A stretch of 63,301 nt of DNA, filler included, from Octopus bimaculoides (Eukaryota), in the NCBI RefSeq assembly GCF_001194135.2. It is 7 parts of 7 records of this genome, joined end to end, with 100 filler letters (N's around TTAATTAATTAA, not from the genome) between each part and the next. Parts side by side here need not be neighbours in the genome. Positions count along the whole stretch, not along the records: positions 1 to 2,722 come from NC_068995.1; positions 2,823 to 28,915 come from NC_068982.1; 5 more parts are not named here. One strand, 5' to 3'. The notes beneath the pieces are model-generated. The model was not told the DNA's origin. It was given only the letters and a program-made list of their open reading frames with translations, and did no database searches. Positions within the stretch are counted from its first letter, which is position 1; each line of letters opens with the position of its first letter. Position numbers and translations under genes: made by a program. Shown one piece after another: positions 1 through 12,973 of the stretch.

Positions 1-185
1 CACGAGTGGTTCTTTCAGCTATGGCACCCTCTCCATACACTGCACAAATGTTGCGAGCAGCTTTTGCGGCCTTAAAACCTTGATTAAAAGCAAAAAGAAG
101 GTGTCGAAAATGCTCGTTTTTCTTAACTTGACATTCCATTTTAATGATCTGAAAATAAACAAAAAATCAAATAAAATTAACTAGA
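1..185 (-). mobile_element. Mariner transposon 5' fragment (transposase N-terminus)
   Basis: Minus strand from ATG at 139 reads MECQVKKNEHFRH-LFAFNQGFKAAKAARNICAVYGEGAIAERTTR; same family as 42756-42960. Confidence 0.8.
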
Positions 186-1956
186 AGAAAAAAAAAAAGA
201 AGATTCCAAAATTATTCTTATAACGTCACACACGGTGTGCATGTGTGTGTCTGTGTTATCATCTGTTAATTTGCACTAACAAAGTATCAAGCAACCCGAG
301 GGTAAAACCCTGGTTGCTGCATTGCTGTATCGAACCTGTGACGATAAGGTATCTAACCACACGGCTTAACCGTACGGCTATGCCTGAGGCAAACCAAACA
401 GGAACCCTACTAAAATAGATACCAAACTACACCTTTATACCTTGGAAAAGATCTATGCAGCTTTACATACAATACGTCTGGCAAACGAAAAATCGGTGTG
501 GTCGTGGTTGGAATAGCTTTGATCAGTTATCAATTGGAGCATGACTGATCTAGGGTTAAACAACCACAGCAACAACGACAACAACAACAGCAACAACAAC
601 AACGATAATAATCCTTTCTACTAAAGGCACAAGGCCTGAAATTTGTGGGGAGTGGACTAGTCGGTGGTTATATCGACCCCAGTCTTTCACTGGTACCTAA
701 TTTATTGACCCCCGAAAGGATGACAGGTAAAGTCGACCTCGGCGGGAGTTGAACTCAGAACGTAAACCCGGAAGAAATACTGCAATTCTGTCAGTTGGCC
801 GCTTTAATAATAATGATCCTAGCTATTATTGGCACAAGGCCTGAAATTTTGCGTCTACTGCTGTTAAGCACTGGGGTCGAAGCAATCGACCGGCGTGCTA
901 ACGATTCAGCCAATTGAAAAACAGAAAATATATGGCTACGGTGTTTCCTAGATAAATGACCTAAAAAGATTAATATGATGGCAAATAACAAATTCTTTTT
1001 TTACTAGAAATTGCAGGAAATAGGCTACATGTATGCAATAAGGACAGAAATAGAGTACATACATGCTATAGGGCTGGAAATAGGGCTGGAAATTTGGTAC
1101 AGACATGTTATCGGGTTAGCAATAGGGTGCAGACATGCTATAGGACAGTACATACTATAGGTGTTACGAGAATGAGGTTCAGGTGGTTATATCTATTTCT
1201 CGAGCTCAGAGAGCCAAGGGAAGTGTCCATGACGATTTGCTGGGTTTCTCCTCCGTAAGAAAAGCTCAGCAACCTCGAAATTTGTTTGAAGATTCGATCA
1301 TCCCAGCGATTAAAAATAGTTGTTTCGCTTTGCCAAATTCCTCTCGGATCCCGCGGCTATTATCTAACCCGTAGCCCTTAGCTGAATCTATCCTGTTATC
1401 CCTGGCCATAATTATATATGGTACCCCTTGGTTATATCTATACTGTACCCGCTGACTATACCTATTCTGTTGCCTCTGCCTCTATATAACTATTCTGTCT
1501 ATATATATTCTGAAGCCCTAGCTATACGTATGATGTAGTCCCTTGTAATATCTATCCCTGGTCGACAGCTTCCCAAGTTAATAATAGATTGAAAATATTT
1601 AAGACGTTGCCAAAAAAAAAAAAAAAAAAAAAAAATCATTGTAGTTAATTCCTCAGCGAGATCATCCACTCCCTAACACAGAAGTTAATATACATATGTA
1701 CCGAGCCTTAAGGCGGCGAGCTGGCAGAATCGTTATCACGCGGGAAAAATGTTTAGCGGCATTTCGCCCGTCTTTATGTTTTGAGTTCAAATTCCGCCCA
1801 GGTCAATTTGTCTTTCATCCTTTCGGAGTCGATGAAATAAATATCAGTCTAGTAATCGACTTCTCCACTCCCCCGAAATTGATGGCCTTGAGTCAAAATT
1901 TGAAATCAACATACATATTTAACGAGCCTTAAAAATGTAATCAAAGCATACACGCA

Positions 1957-1997
<41 letters not shown>

Positions 1998-2463
1998 GAA
2001 CCAGAAAATGAACCGCATAGAAAGGATTGAAGTAAGGGTGAAAATTGCTAGTGACTACTCGTCTCTTTGTATTCTGTGTTCTAGCATAGTAGAGTTTGAT
2101 TCTAGGGAGATTTGGCTACTATTTCTAGCAGGTCGTGCAATCATATAAAGACTTTTTTCTGGAGGGATGGTGTTGATGACGATGGTGACATGCTGGAAGA
2201 GGAGAAGGGGAAGGAAAGTATTTTGGACTTCCTCCTCCCTTTCACACCCTCGCACTGCACCATTTCCTCCTCCCCTGCTGTAACCTCGCATAGAAAGAAG
2301 TGTTTGATAAACTGAGATGGTATTTAAACAAGGTCACCATGGTAAATTCACTGGTTAATGCTGTTGTTGTTGTTATTGTTCGGTGGTTGGGAGTAATGTA
2401 AGAATGGAAGAGGAGAGAGGGAGAGAAAAGGAGAGAGGAAGAGAGGGAAGATGGCTGGTTGTT

Positions 2464-2507
<44 letters not shown>

Positions 2508-3699
2508 GAGGGAGTCGTGACTTTTTCATTTCTTTTCGCTGACAAAAAACTGCCAAACATGCCTGCCACAGCAACAGAGGTTGTTGTTGTGGTGGTGGTG
2601 GTGATGTTGATGTTGTTGTTGTTGTTGTAGTTCTGGTGGTGGTGGTGGTGGTGGTAGCGGTGGCGATGATAGTGGTGGTGACGGTGGACTATTGGTTAAG
2701 ACAAAGTTCATGCTTGAAAGTANNNNNNNNNNNNNNNNNNNNNNNNNNNNNNNNNNNNNNNNNNNNTTAATTAATTAANNNNNNNNNNNNNNNNNNNNNN
2801 NNNNNNNNNNNNNNNNNNNNNNCCAGGAAACCCCAAAATGGCTGAAGTTCAAAAGATAGTGCTCATGGGAACTGCCCATATCCTACGTAAAATACTGTCT
2901 ATGTGATCTCAAATTTTAAAGCAAACACATAATTTTCTTATGGTTTCTTAAACATTCACTTGAACAAAACTGTACAAATCCAAATATATGGTACCCTAGG
3001 CATAACACCTACATGAACTTCTAACTTGTTATCTCTTGAGGTCTCTGGGTGAGACTTGGATCCAACTTGTACAAATGCAAAACAAAAGTCAAACATAAAA
3101 TAATAATAACAACAATGATAATAATAACCCTTTCTACCATAAGCACAAGGCCTGAAATTTGTGGTGGGGATAGTCAATTACATCGACCCCAGTACACAGC
3201 TGGTACATATTTTATCAACCTTGAAAGGATGACAGGCAAAGTCGACCTTGGTGGAATTTGAACTCAGAGCATAACGACAGATAAAATGCTGCTAAACATT
3301 TCGCCTGGCATGCCACCGATTCTGCCAGCTCATTGTCCAATATCACAAAAAAAGAAAATTACTGATCTGAACATGTGACAGAGAAAATGGAGAAATAAGA
3401 GATTAGGTATTTAGATAAGAATGTGAATTTAATAGGATTTACAGACAAATGTACTTTTAATCAAAGGTGACTTCTAAGACTCAGGTCAGCAACTTTACTA
3501 ATTTACTGTCATGCACACACACACACACACACACACACATGCACACACACATACACATGCACACACACATACACATGCACACATGGACATTATTGTGTGC
3601 TTAATTGCAAGAACATGGCTTCACGTACTAAGTATGCTTCCAGGAAGTTGATTTAACCATGGAAGTCTGTCGTTAGCTTACAGAATTATATGACTTTGT

Positions 3700-4740
3700 A
3701 TGTGAGTCACAAAGAAATTTGTCTCACTCTCTCTGTCACTCTACTCATCTCTCTGTCTGTCTGTCTATCTTTCTATCTGTTTCTCTCTCTGGTAATCTCT
3801 CTCTGTCTCTCTCTGTCTCTCTCTCTTTTTGTCTATCTGTCTGTCTGTCCATCCGTCCGCCTGTCTGTCTTTCTCTCTGTTTCTCTGTCTATCTGTCTAT
3901 CTATCTATCTATCTATCTATCTGTCTGTCTGTCTGCCCGTCCGTCTGTGTGTCTGTCTGTCTGTCTCTCTCTATGTATATATATATCTCTCTATTTACCT
4001 CTCTATCTTTCTACTTACCTACCTGTCTGTTTGTCTGTCTGTCTTTCTTTTATTCTTTTGTTCTCTCCCTTGTTCCAGTCATTAGACTGTGGCCATACTG
4101 GGGCACTGCTTGAAGAATTCTTAGTTGAACAAATCCACTCTGGTACTTCTTATGTCTTTGTAAAGCCTGGGACATATTCCATTGGCCTTTTTTACCAAAA
4201 CTCTGTTATTGAGGGGCTAGTGGGGGGCAGGAGCTGGGGGTGGAAACACAAACTCAAGGAGTCTCTCTCACACACACATACAGACACATGCACACACATG
4301 CATACACACATGCACTTGCACACGTACACCACACACTCACACATGCACATACACACACATACACACACACATGCACACACACATACACACACATGCGTGC
4401 TCACACACCCACACACATGCACACGTACACCACACACACACATACATGCATATGCACACACACACACATGCATGCATGCTCACACACACACACACATATG
4501 CATGTGTGCTCACACACACTAACACAAATACACACACACACCTACAGACACACACATGCGTGCTCACACTCACACATGCACACTCACACATGCACACTCA
4601 CACATGCACACACACATACACACACACATACACATCCAGACACACATGCATGCTCACACACACTCACACATACACACACACACATACAGACACACACATG
4701 CATGCTCACACACACACACACACATGCACACATGTATGTA
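3700..4740. repeat. Compound (CT/CTGT/CTAT)n then degenerate (CA)n microsatellite
   Basis: Direct inspection; explains ORFs 3690-4959. Confidence 0.95.
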
Positions 4741-4816
4741 TCTGTTCAAAGGAATAAGGTTTTCCACTCATCAACCCTTTCAAGTTCAGATAACTTTCTG
4801 TCAAATGCAATGTTTA

Positions 4817-5290
4817 GTTATTGCCTCCACCTTAGCGGAAGCAAAGGTGTTTTCAGTCGTGTTTGTTTGTTTGTCCGTGGGCAAGATATCTCAAGAACCG
4901 CTGGATGGATTCGGATGAAACTTTCAGGGATGTTTGGCCTCGTGACTCGCACAAACTGATTAGATTTTGGGATCGATCCGGTACCAGACAAGGATTCTGG
5001 ATTATTTTTCCTATTTTTTTACTTAATTTTTGAGAGCGGTCGNNNNNNNNNNACTCGCACAAACTGATTAGATTTTGGGATCGATCCGGTACCAGACAAG
5101 GATTCTGGATTATTTTTCCTATTTTTTTACTTAATTTTTGAGAGCGGTCGGGTTCATTTTTAGTATTCTCGTTTGTGAGAGCAGTTGAGTTTATTTCAGA
5201 GATTCTCATTATAAAAAATCATCTCTGGCTAATCGTTGAGAGGATGTTGGTGTTGCATTGGCAGAGGTTTGTGCTCTCTGAGTGCTCTTG
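4817..5290 (+). mobile_element. Helentron-associated (HINE/DINE-1-like) non-autonomous element, copy 1
   Basis: ttattgcctccaccttagcgga start, gtttgtttg tract, 3' ggcagaggtttgtgctctctgagtgctcttgtt; internal duplication across a 12-N gap. Confidence 0.6.
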
Positions 5291-5482
5291 TTGTTATTAT
5301 TATTGGTAAGCTGGTAGGATTCTTACACACTGGCATTTTACATTCTGCATTCAATTCTTGCTGAGATCAACTTTGACTTTCATCCCTTTTGGGTCAATAA
5401 AATAAGATACCAGTTAAGTTCTCATCAACTTATCCCTTACCTGTTAAACTGCTGGCCCTGTGTCAAAACTTAAAACAACTAT

Positions 5483-5822
5483 TATTGCCACCTTAGCAAA
5501 GGCAGAGGTAGTGTCTTCAATCATGTTTGCTTGTCTGTGGACAAGGTATCTCAAGATATCTCAAGGATGTTTGGCCTCATAACTGGCACAAACTGATTAG
5601 ATTTTGGGATTGATCTGGCACCAGACAAGGATTCTGGATTATTTTTCTTGTTTTTTTTTTACTTAATTTTTGATAGCGGTTGGGTTCATTTTTAGTATTC
5701 TCGTTTGTGAGAGCAGTCGAGTTTATTTCAGAGATTCTCATTTTAAAAATCATCTCCGACTAATCATTGAGAGGACGTTGGTGTTGCCTTGGCGGAGGTT
5801 TGCGCTCTCTGAGTGCTCTTGT
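5483..5822 (+). mobile_element. HINE-like element, copy 2
   Basis: Same sequence as 4817-5290, ending ccttggcggaggtttgcgctctctgagtgctcttgtt. Confidence 0.6.
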
Positions 5823-7145
5823 TCACATTGTTTTCAATTAATCCTGGATTATCTCACAGCTTTGAAAATTTCAATGATTCCATTGTTTACCTTTAGAACA
5901 ACATTGTAGGGTAGGTGTGAAAGGCCAGATCTGGCTGGTTTAAACATTAAACAGGTAGAATATTTTGGTCAGTTTTAATGCTAAATGCCTGGAGTATGCA
6001 ACACTTCTGTGTGTGTGTCTCTCTCTCTCTCTCTCTCTCTCTCTAATCCTTACCCTCTTACCCTCCCCCACTCACACTCATGCAGACACATAAAAGTCAG
6101 TTTCCACTTCAACTCTTTTGGATACCAACCTGCCTGTGGTTTAAAACCTTCAATCAACATTTCATGTTCATTTATGAACCAAACATCACCATCATTATCA
6201 TCACCACCATCATCATCAACACCACCACCACCACCACCACCATTATCATCATCATCATCATCACCATCACCATCATCGTCATCATCATTCAACATCTGTT
6301 TTCCATCCTGGCATGGGTTGGACAGTTTGACCAGAGCTGGCAAGCCGGGGAGCTGCACCAGGTCACGGTTTCTGTTGCTGGATGCCTTTCCTAACGCCAA
6401 CCACTTTACAGTTGTGTATTGAGTACTTTTTATGTGACACTGGGCACAAGCGCTTTTACTTGGCATCGACTCATGGCATTGCTTTTTACATGGCTCGACA
6501 CGGGGCTCTTGCTGGCCAACCCTCTTCACCAGGGGATGCAGCCTTAACACACTTCAGCTGTGGAGGATGGGTTCTCTTGAGCACAGCAGGGTGCCAGGTG
6601 TCTCAGACCTTTGTCATCTTCTCCTTAAGGTTCAGTGTCCTAATCCCCTTTGATATAGGCACAAGACATGAAATTTTGGGGTTTGGAGAAAGTTGATTAT
6701 AGTGACCCCACCACCTACTCAACTGGTACTTTATTTATCAACTCCAAAAGGATGAGGGGCACAGTTGACCTTGGCAGAATTTGAACTCAAAACATTAAGC
6801 CAGACAAACGCTGCAAAGCATTTTGCCTGGCATGGTAACGATTCTGCTAATTTGCTGCCTTTCAGAAGCTTAATAATGACAAAGTTATTTTGCTAAATTC
6901 TTAATTATTTTCAAATTTTTTTGGAATAATGGTAGTGGATTACAACAGAAAGATATTTTAACAAAGGGATTAACCTGGTACAACAAGTCAAAATTAACTT
7001 GACAGTCCACCAAACCTTAGTCACAATTTATGTTCCTAACACTAGCTTAATGACAACTAAGTTATTTTACTAAATTCTTTGTTATATTTAAAGTAATTGA
7101 AAGAAACACAGAGCATCTCAACAGAAATATGGTAACGAAAGGGTT

Positions 7146-7550
7146 AGGAGTGACTGTGTGGTAAGTAGCTTGCTTCCCAACCACATGGTTCCGGGTTCAG
7201 TCCCACTGTGTGGCACCTTGGGCAAGTGTCTTCTACTATAGCCTCAGGTTGACCAAAGCCTTGTGAGTGGATTTGGTAGACGGAAACTGAAAGAAGCCCG
7301 TTGTATATATGTATATGTATGTATGTGTGTGTATATATGTTTGTGCGTCTGTGTTTGTTCCCCCCAACATCGCTTGACAACTGATGCTGGTGTGTTTACG
7401 TCCCCGTAACTTAGCAGTTCGGCAAAAGAGACCGATAGAATAAGTACTAGGCTTACAAAGAATAAGTCCTGGGGTCGATTTGCTCGACTAAAGGTGGTGC
7501 TCCAGCATGGCTGCAGTCAAATGACTGAAACAGGTAAAAGAGTAAAAAGA
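7146..7550 (+). mobile_element. tRNA-derived CORE-like SINE, full length, with internal microsatellite (most abundant family here)
   Basis: Head ggagtgactgtgtggtaag...ggttcagtccc, CORE-like ggcaccttgggcaagtgtc, tail gtaaaagagtaaaa. Other copies at about 19345-19655(+), 27385-27730(+), 29016-29385(+), 52860-53035(+), 55355-55742(-), 62586-62885(+), plus partials. Confidence 0.85.
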
Positions 7551-7760
7551 GATATAATTCTGGAGGGATTAAATCCAGAATTACATTCAACTTCGTCTTT
7601 CATCCTCTCAGAGTTGATAAAATAAGTACCAGTTGAACCCTGGGGCTTAATGTAATTGACTTAACTCCTCTCCCACATTTTCTGGCCTTGTACGAATTTG
7701 AAACTAATTAATTAACAAAATACATTTTGATTATGACCATAATTGGTTTTTCTGTTTCAG

Positions 7761-7925
7761 ATGGGTGTCGTCAAAAACAAAGTTACTGGCAGTGTTAGTT
7801 TGGACCGTGTCTATTCCAACGGACGTTACCTCATTGGTCCATCACACGAATTTAAAGTATTCAAGGCAGACGCCCATGTTGAGTACATCAATAACATCCG
7901 AGTGTTTACATCAGATAAACTTGAA
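7761..7925 (+). CDS. SPFH/Band-7 domain protein, first exon visible in the window (55 aa, phase 0-0)
   Basis: Acceptor ttttctgtttcag, donor GAA|gtaagt. Open frame MGVVKNKVTGSVSLDRVYSNGRYLIGPSHEFKVFKADAHVEYINNIRVFTSDKLE resembles the N-terminal part of invertebrate SPFH-domain proteins (recognised from memory, not searched). Confidence 0.88.
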
Positions 7926-8139
7926 GTAAGTTTGTTGCAGAATTTTGAACCCTTCCAGGGGCCATTTTCCCAATGAAATATACAGCTTCTTTGTTTCAGG
8001 TGGTGAATTAGCTGTGTAGTTGAGTTGGTAAAGTGTTTGTTGTGATTCTTTGCACCTGAAGATCAAATCTTACCAAAACCAGTTTTGCATTTCATTCTTT
8101 CCTGGCAATAAAAAAGCAGTTCTATATTTAAGAGATGAG

Positions 8140-8290
8140 GAATTATGTACATTATTTACATTATTTACATTATTTACATTTGATGGATATTTTGTCTTCA
8201 TCTTGTTTGTTGTTAACACAATGTTTCAGCTGATATACCCTCCAGTTTTCATCAGGTGTCTTGGGGAAATTTCAAACCTGGGATCTCACA
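8140..8290 (-). mobile_element. Inverted 5'-truncated copy of the hammerhead-tailed element
   Basis: Reverse complement of about 8420-8547; its hammerhead at 8215-8260 is mutated. Confidence 0.75.
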
Positions 8291-8360
8291 GGCATATGGC
8301 GTAGTGGTTAAGAGCACAGGCTACTAACCCCAAGATTCCAAGTTCAATTCCAGGCAGTGA

Positions 8361-8399
<39 letters not shown>

Positions 8400-8547
8400 C
8401 ATTGAAAAACACCTTAGGAATGAGAACCCAGGTTCTAAATTTCCCCAAGACACCTGATGAAGGTTGGAGGGTATATCAGCTGAAACGTTGTGTTAAGAAC
8501 AAACAAGATGAGGACAAATATCCGTCAAATGTAAATAATGTAAATAA
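8291..8547 (+). mobile_element. tRNA-headed SINE-like element with Penelope-type hammerhead tail
   Basis: Head ggcatatggcgtagtggttaagagc...gttcaattcc (A-box and B-box like), then (AAT)n, then GACAC CTGATGA...GAAAC GTT GTGTT, ending in tgtaaataa repeats. Confidence 0.75.
8449..8494 (+). ncRNA. Minimal type I hammerhead (Penelope-like) in SINE tail
   Basis: GACAC CTGATGA a GGTTG gagggtatat CAGCT GAAAC GTT|GTGTT. Helix I GACAC/GUGUU; helix III reduced to the palindrome AACGTT. Confidence 0.68.
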
Positions 8548-10149
8548 AAAGGCAAAACATCCCCTTTGAGTTGGACATAAAAATTGCGTTTTTGGTGTTA
8601 ATACTGCTTCTGTTGCTTTTTATTTTTTTTTCTGTCTTGCAAGGTACTTGGTGACCCTGTCAGTGCAGGTGCCACTTAAAAAGCATCCAGTGCACACTCT
8701 CAGAGTGGTTGGCATTTGGAAGGGCATCCAGCTGCTAAGACAGAGACAGAAATCTGGTGCAGGCTTCTGCCTGGCCAGCTCTTTTGAAACCATCCCACCC
8801 ATGCCAGCTTGGAAGGCGGATGTTAAATGATGGTGATGATGATGATGAAACCTTCTGCTACATCAGTGCCTGCAAAAACACTGGAATTCTATTTGTTGTT
8901 GACAGTGTGATTAAGCTGTTATGTCACTGCAGGACGTCTGTCAGAGCTGAAAGCAGGGTGAAATTTTGTGATCTGACAGTTTGGGGATCAATAGCAGATA
9001 GTTCTTGTCAGCCAATGGTATAAATATGAGTGCTTTTATGCACCATGAGTCCATATGAGAGGTTCTCTCTCTGAACAGATAACAGTATTTGGTGTTCTAA
9101 CAAAACGTTGATAAAAATGAAAGGAGTTCCAATCCAAATTGGTGGAATGGTAAAAATCTCAGCCTGGATGTCTTTTGGTAGTTGTTGCAGGTTTTTACAT
9201 TCTGCATTCAAATCCTACTAAGATCAACTTTGCCTTTCATTCTCTTGGGGTGGAGAAGAAAAGGTACTGTACCAAGGTAGTGGGTTGGTGGAACTATAAG
9301 AATCTCACAGTAGATACCTTGTGGTATTTCTTCCAGTTCATGTGTTGTGAGTCCCAGTGCCACCATGGTCCACTGATGTATTAGACTAAATCCATCACCC
9401 AGTGATATTTGAAGAAATATATTCTAGAGGCAAAGTGGCCGAGTTCCTTTTGAGCGTTGGGCCTCACAGAAGCAATGACTGAGATCTTTGGCATTATGTT
9501 GTGCTTGAGAAGACCCACCAAGCTGAGCAAAACCACAGTCATGGCAGATACCGGTGTCACACAAATGGCACCTGTACTGGTGGCACGTAAAAGCATCAGT
9601 TACACTCTCAGAGTAGTTGGTGTTAGGAAGAGCATCCAGCCATAGAAAACCATACCAAATCAGACTGGAGTCTGGTGCAGACTTCCAGCTTGCCAGCCAT
9701 GGTTAAACCGTCCAACCCATGCCAGCATGGACGACTGACGTTAAATGATAATGATGATGATGATGATTTGTGAAGGTGTATAGCCAAGTGGTTAGGGCAT
9801 TGCCCTCATGATAGCTAAGTCATAAGTTCAATTCCCAGACCAAGCAGTGCATTGTGCTCTTGAGCAAAACACTTCACTTCATGTTGCCGCAGTCCACTCA
9901 GCTGAAAATGGGTCACCCTGCAACAGACCAGAGAGGTAATGTTAGCCTTGTCACCTATCCAGTGGGGTAGCATCATATGAAAGCTAAAAACGATGCCCAG
10001 CACATTAGGAAACAGTGACGTATGACAACGCTTGATTGTCTGATTGGTCAATTCTGTGACATGACCACACAATATTCTGATTTATGAAATATGCAGTTAG
10101 GGCCTAACCCTTGTTTCCAATGCACTACAGAAGACCTTTTTATTTGTAG

Positions 10150-10269
10150 GTGGGACTTTCAGGTGCTTTTCAATATTTTCTTCGACTGCATCAACTGTCT
10201 TATCTACACAAGAAATATGATGTGTATTATAAGGACAAGGTGGTGAAGAAGGCCAATGAAGCAGTAAAG
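10150..10269 (+). CDS. SPFH/Band-7 domain protein exon (40 aa, phase 0-0)
   Basis: Acceptor ttttatttgtag, donor AAG|gtaagt. VGLSGAFQYFLRLHQLSYLHKKYDVYYKDKVVKKANEAVK continues the previous exon in frame. Not in the ORF track. Confidence 0.88.
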
Positions 10270-10600
10270 GTAAGTGAACCATGCAAAGGACAAACCCATT
10301 ACTTCTAATCTCACAAATGAATTGAGAGTTTTCACTGACTTGTGATGGCGGTTCATTGTCTGATGAGACCACCGACAGGGATGTAAGGATGATGGCCAGG
10401 TAAGGCTTTTGGTTGTCACTGATTGGAAGAGCATAACAAGTGAAAGGAACAGACTTCATGTTAGATATAGTTTTGTCATTCATAAACACACACACGCACA
10501 TGCACACATGTATACATGTACACACACTATCACACACATGCATGCACATATGTACACACATCTGTATGTGTAAATGTAATGCATAATAGTTAGTGATATA

Positions 10601-10642
<42 letters not shown>

Positions 10643-10904
10643 NNNNNNNNNNNNNNNNNNNNNNNNNNNNNNNNNNNNNNNNNNNNNNNNNNNNNNNNNN
10701 NNNNNNNNNNNNNNNNNNNNNNNNNNNNNNNNNNNNNNNNNNGCCGATCATAACAATGACTGACCGGAAGTTAGAAATTCTTATTTCAATATGTATATAT
10801 GCACACACACACACACACACATATATACATCTATATCTATCTGTCTGTCTGTCTGTCTGTCCGTCCGTCCGTCCGTCTGTTTGTCTGTCTGTCTGCTTGT
10901 CTGG

Positions 10905-10950
<46 letters not shown>

Positions 10951-10957
10951 GTGTGTG

Positions 10958-10988
<31 letters not shown>

Positions 10989-11804
10989 NNNNNNNNNNNN
11001 NNNNNNNNNNNNNNNNNNNNNNNNNNNNNNNNNNNNNNNNNNNNNNNNNNNNNNNNNNNNNNNNNNNNNNNNNNNNNNNNNNNNNNNNNNNNNNNNNNNN
11101 NNNNNNNNNNNNNNNNNNNNNNNNNNNNNNNNNNNNNNNNNNNNNNNNNNNNNNNNNNNNNNNNNNNNNNNNNNNNNNNNNNNNNNNNNNNNNNNNNNNN
11201 NNNNNNNNNNNNNNNNNNNNNNNNNNNNNNNNNNNNNNNNNNNNNNNNNNNNNNNNNNNNNNNNNNNNNNNNNNNNNNNNNNNNNNNNNNNNNNNNNNNN
11301 NNNNNNNNNNNNNNNNNNNNNNNNNNNNNNNNNNNNNNNNNNNNNNNNNNNNNNNNNNNNNNNNNNNNNNNNNNNNNNNNNNNNNNNNNNNNNNNNNNNN
11401 NNNNNNNNNNNNNNNNNNNNNNNNNNNNNNNNNNNNNNNNNNNNNNNNNNNNNNNNNNNNNNNNNNNNNNNNNNNNNNNNNNNNNNNNNNNNNNNNNNNN
11501 NNNNNNNNNNNNNNNNNNNNNNNNNNNNNNNNNNNNNNNNNNNNNNNNNNNNNNNNNNNNNNNNNNNNNNNNNNNNNNNNNNNNNNNNNNNNNNNNNNNN
11601 NNNNNNNNNCCAGCTTTGCCTTACTGGCACTTGTGCCGGTGGCATGTGAACAAAACATTGGACTGACTCCTGTGCAGGTGGCACGTAAAAAACACCATTT
11701 GAGCGTGGCCGTTGCTAGTACCGCTGGACTGGCCCTCGTGCCGGTGGTACGTAAAAAGCACCCACTACACTCTCGGAGTGGTTGGTGTTAGGAAGGGCAT
11801 CCAA

Positions 11805-12065
11805 AATTACATAAGAATATTTTGAAATACTAAACAGTAAATTTATTCAATAAAATTGTTATTGGCTTCAACCATGGCCTCCAGATGACTTCGGAATCTC
11901 CTGCAACTCTTCTGGATGGTCTCCTTGTTTAAGTTGGTCGATGCTGCCATAATCCTTGCCTTCAGTTCATCTTTGGTGTTACAAAAATTAAATTTATGAA
12001 AACAAAAATTATATGGCTTTCCAAGGGAGAGAACTCTAAATTATTTTATACAAATTACCTCCCTT
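11805..12065 (-). mobile_element. maT-like transposase 3' fragment
   Basis: Minus strand KDELKARIMAASTNLNKETIQ, typical of the C-terminus of this group. Confidence 0.6.
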
Positions 12066-12382
12066 GTATTATTTTAGGAAAATCATGTTGCGTTAATTTT
12101 CCGACGTCCCTTTCTAAATAACAACTGCAGCGTGAAACGTGTTTATAAGCCATGTAAGAAACACACAGAAACCGTTAGATTCACTTCAACGTTTAAATTT
12201 AATTTGCCAAAATATTTTCGTCGCTTTGAGACCGTGACCTATTCACTAACAAAATTCAGTGCTACTAAATTTTTGAGAGGTTAATTGTCTGTTTCAATAG
12301 TATTATGTGAATGAATTTTCCAAACTACAACCATGTCATCTCACATACATTCGTAATAATCAGATAAAATTGATAATAGATA

Positions 12383-12591
12383 CAGTAATCCCTCGCCATA
12401 TCGCGGTTTATTATTTCAGGTTACGTCGATTCCTCTGTGTTGTTGTTTTGCATTTATAATAAAATAAATATATGCAAATTATGAAACTAATTAAAAAAAT
12501 ATACGGTACAGTACTGTTTCTACTTTGTGGATTTTCGCCTATCGTGGGGGAGTTTGGGAACGTAACACCCACGATTGTCAAGGGATTACTG
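12383..12591. mobile_element. Tigger/pogo-like MITE
   Basis: TIRs CAGTAATCCCTCG / CAAGGGATTACTG, flanked by TA on both sides. A related, interrupted copy lies at about 18933-19340. Confidence 0.78.
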
Positions 12592-12720
12592 TATAGATAA
12601 ATACTTTGGTAGACATTACATACCTGTGGACATATCCACATTTGCACCTACATAGATATACAAAAGGCTTCTTATAGTTTTTGTTTACTCTATCAAAAAA
12701 AAGAAAAACTTCTCTTTCAG

Positions 12721-12895
12721 AATGTTGTAACTGGTTTCACCACTCGCAGTGTCTTTAAAGAACGGAAGAGATTGGAAAGTGCCCTGTTGCTGGGTTTAAA
12801 GAACACTCTTGGAGGTGTTTGTTGCTCTCGAGGCTGTACACCGGATGAAAATGTTAATAATTCCACAGACATTACCATGCCGTTGGGAGAGAATG
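12721..12895 (+). CDS. SPFH/Band-7 domain protein exon (58 aa + 1 nt, phase 0-1)
   Basis: Acceptor acttctctttcag, donor AATG|gtgaga. NVVTGFTTRSVFKERKRLESALLLGLKNTLGGVCCSRGCTPDENVNNSTDITMPLGEN. A weaker phase-compatible donor exists at GGAG|gtgttt (after 12814). Confidence 0.8.
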
Positions 12896-12928
12896 GTGAG
12901 ATCAGCAATGAATTTAATCATTGATTTC

Positions 12929-12973
<45 letters not shown>

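Noticed and set aside
2112-2315. Acidic 67-aa ORF upstream of the SPFH exons
   Set aside because: No convincing splice sites or transmembrane segment, and it starts in a common dispersed repeat motif (ggagatttggctactatttctagcaggtcg).
2767-2778. Palindrome TTAATTAATTAA embedded in N runs (also near 28960, 36600, 46156, 51048, 58398)
   Set aside because: It recurs identically inside gaps and has stops in all six frames, so it is most likely a scaffolding linker and not biological.
4945-5150. Exact ~100-bp direct duplication across a 12-N gap
   Set aside because: Typical unmerged contig overlap.
8291-8365. tRNA-like sequence with an apparent ACT anticodon
   Set aside because: It is the head of a dispersed SINE-like element, with no proper acceptor stem or Pol III terminator; not called as a tRNA gene.
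12200-12265. GTCAC/GCGAC-GAAA stem on - resembling a hammerhead helix II
   Set aside because: No CUGANGA core.
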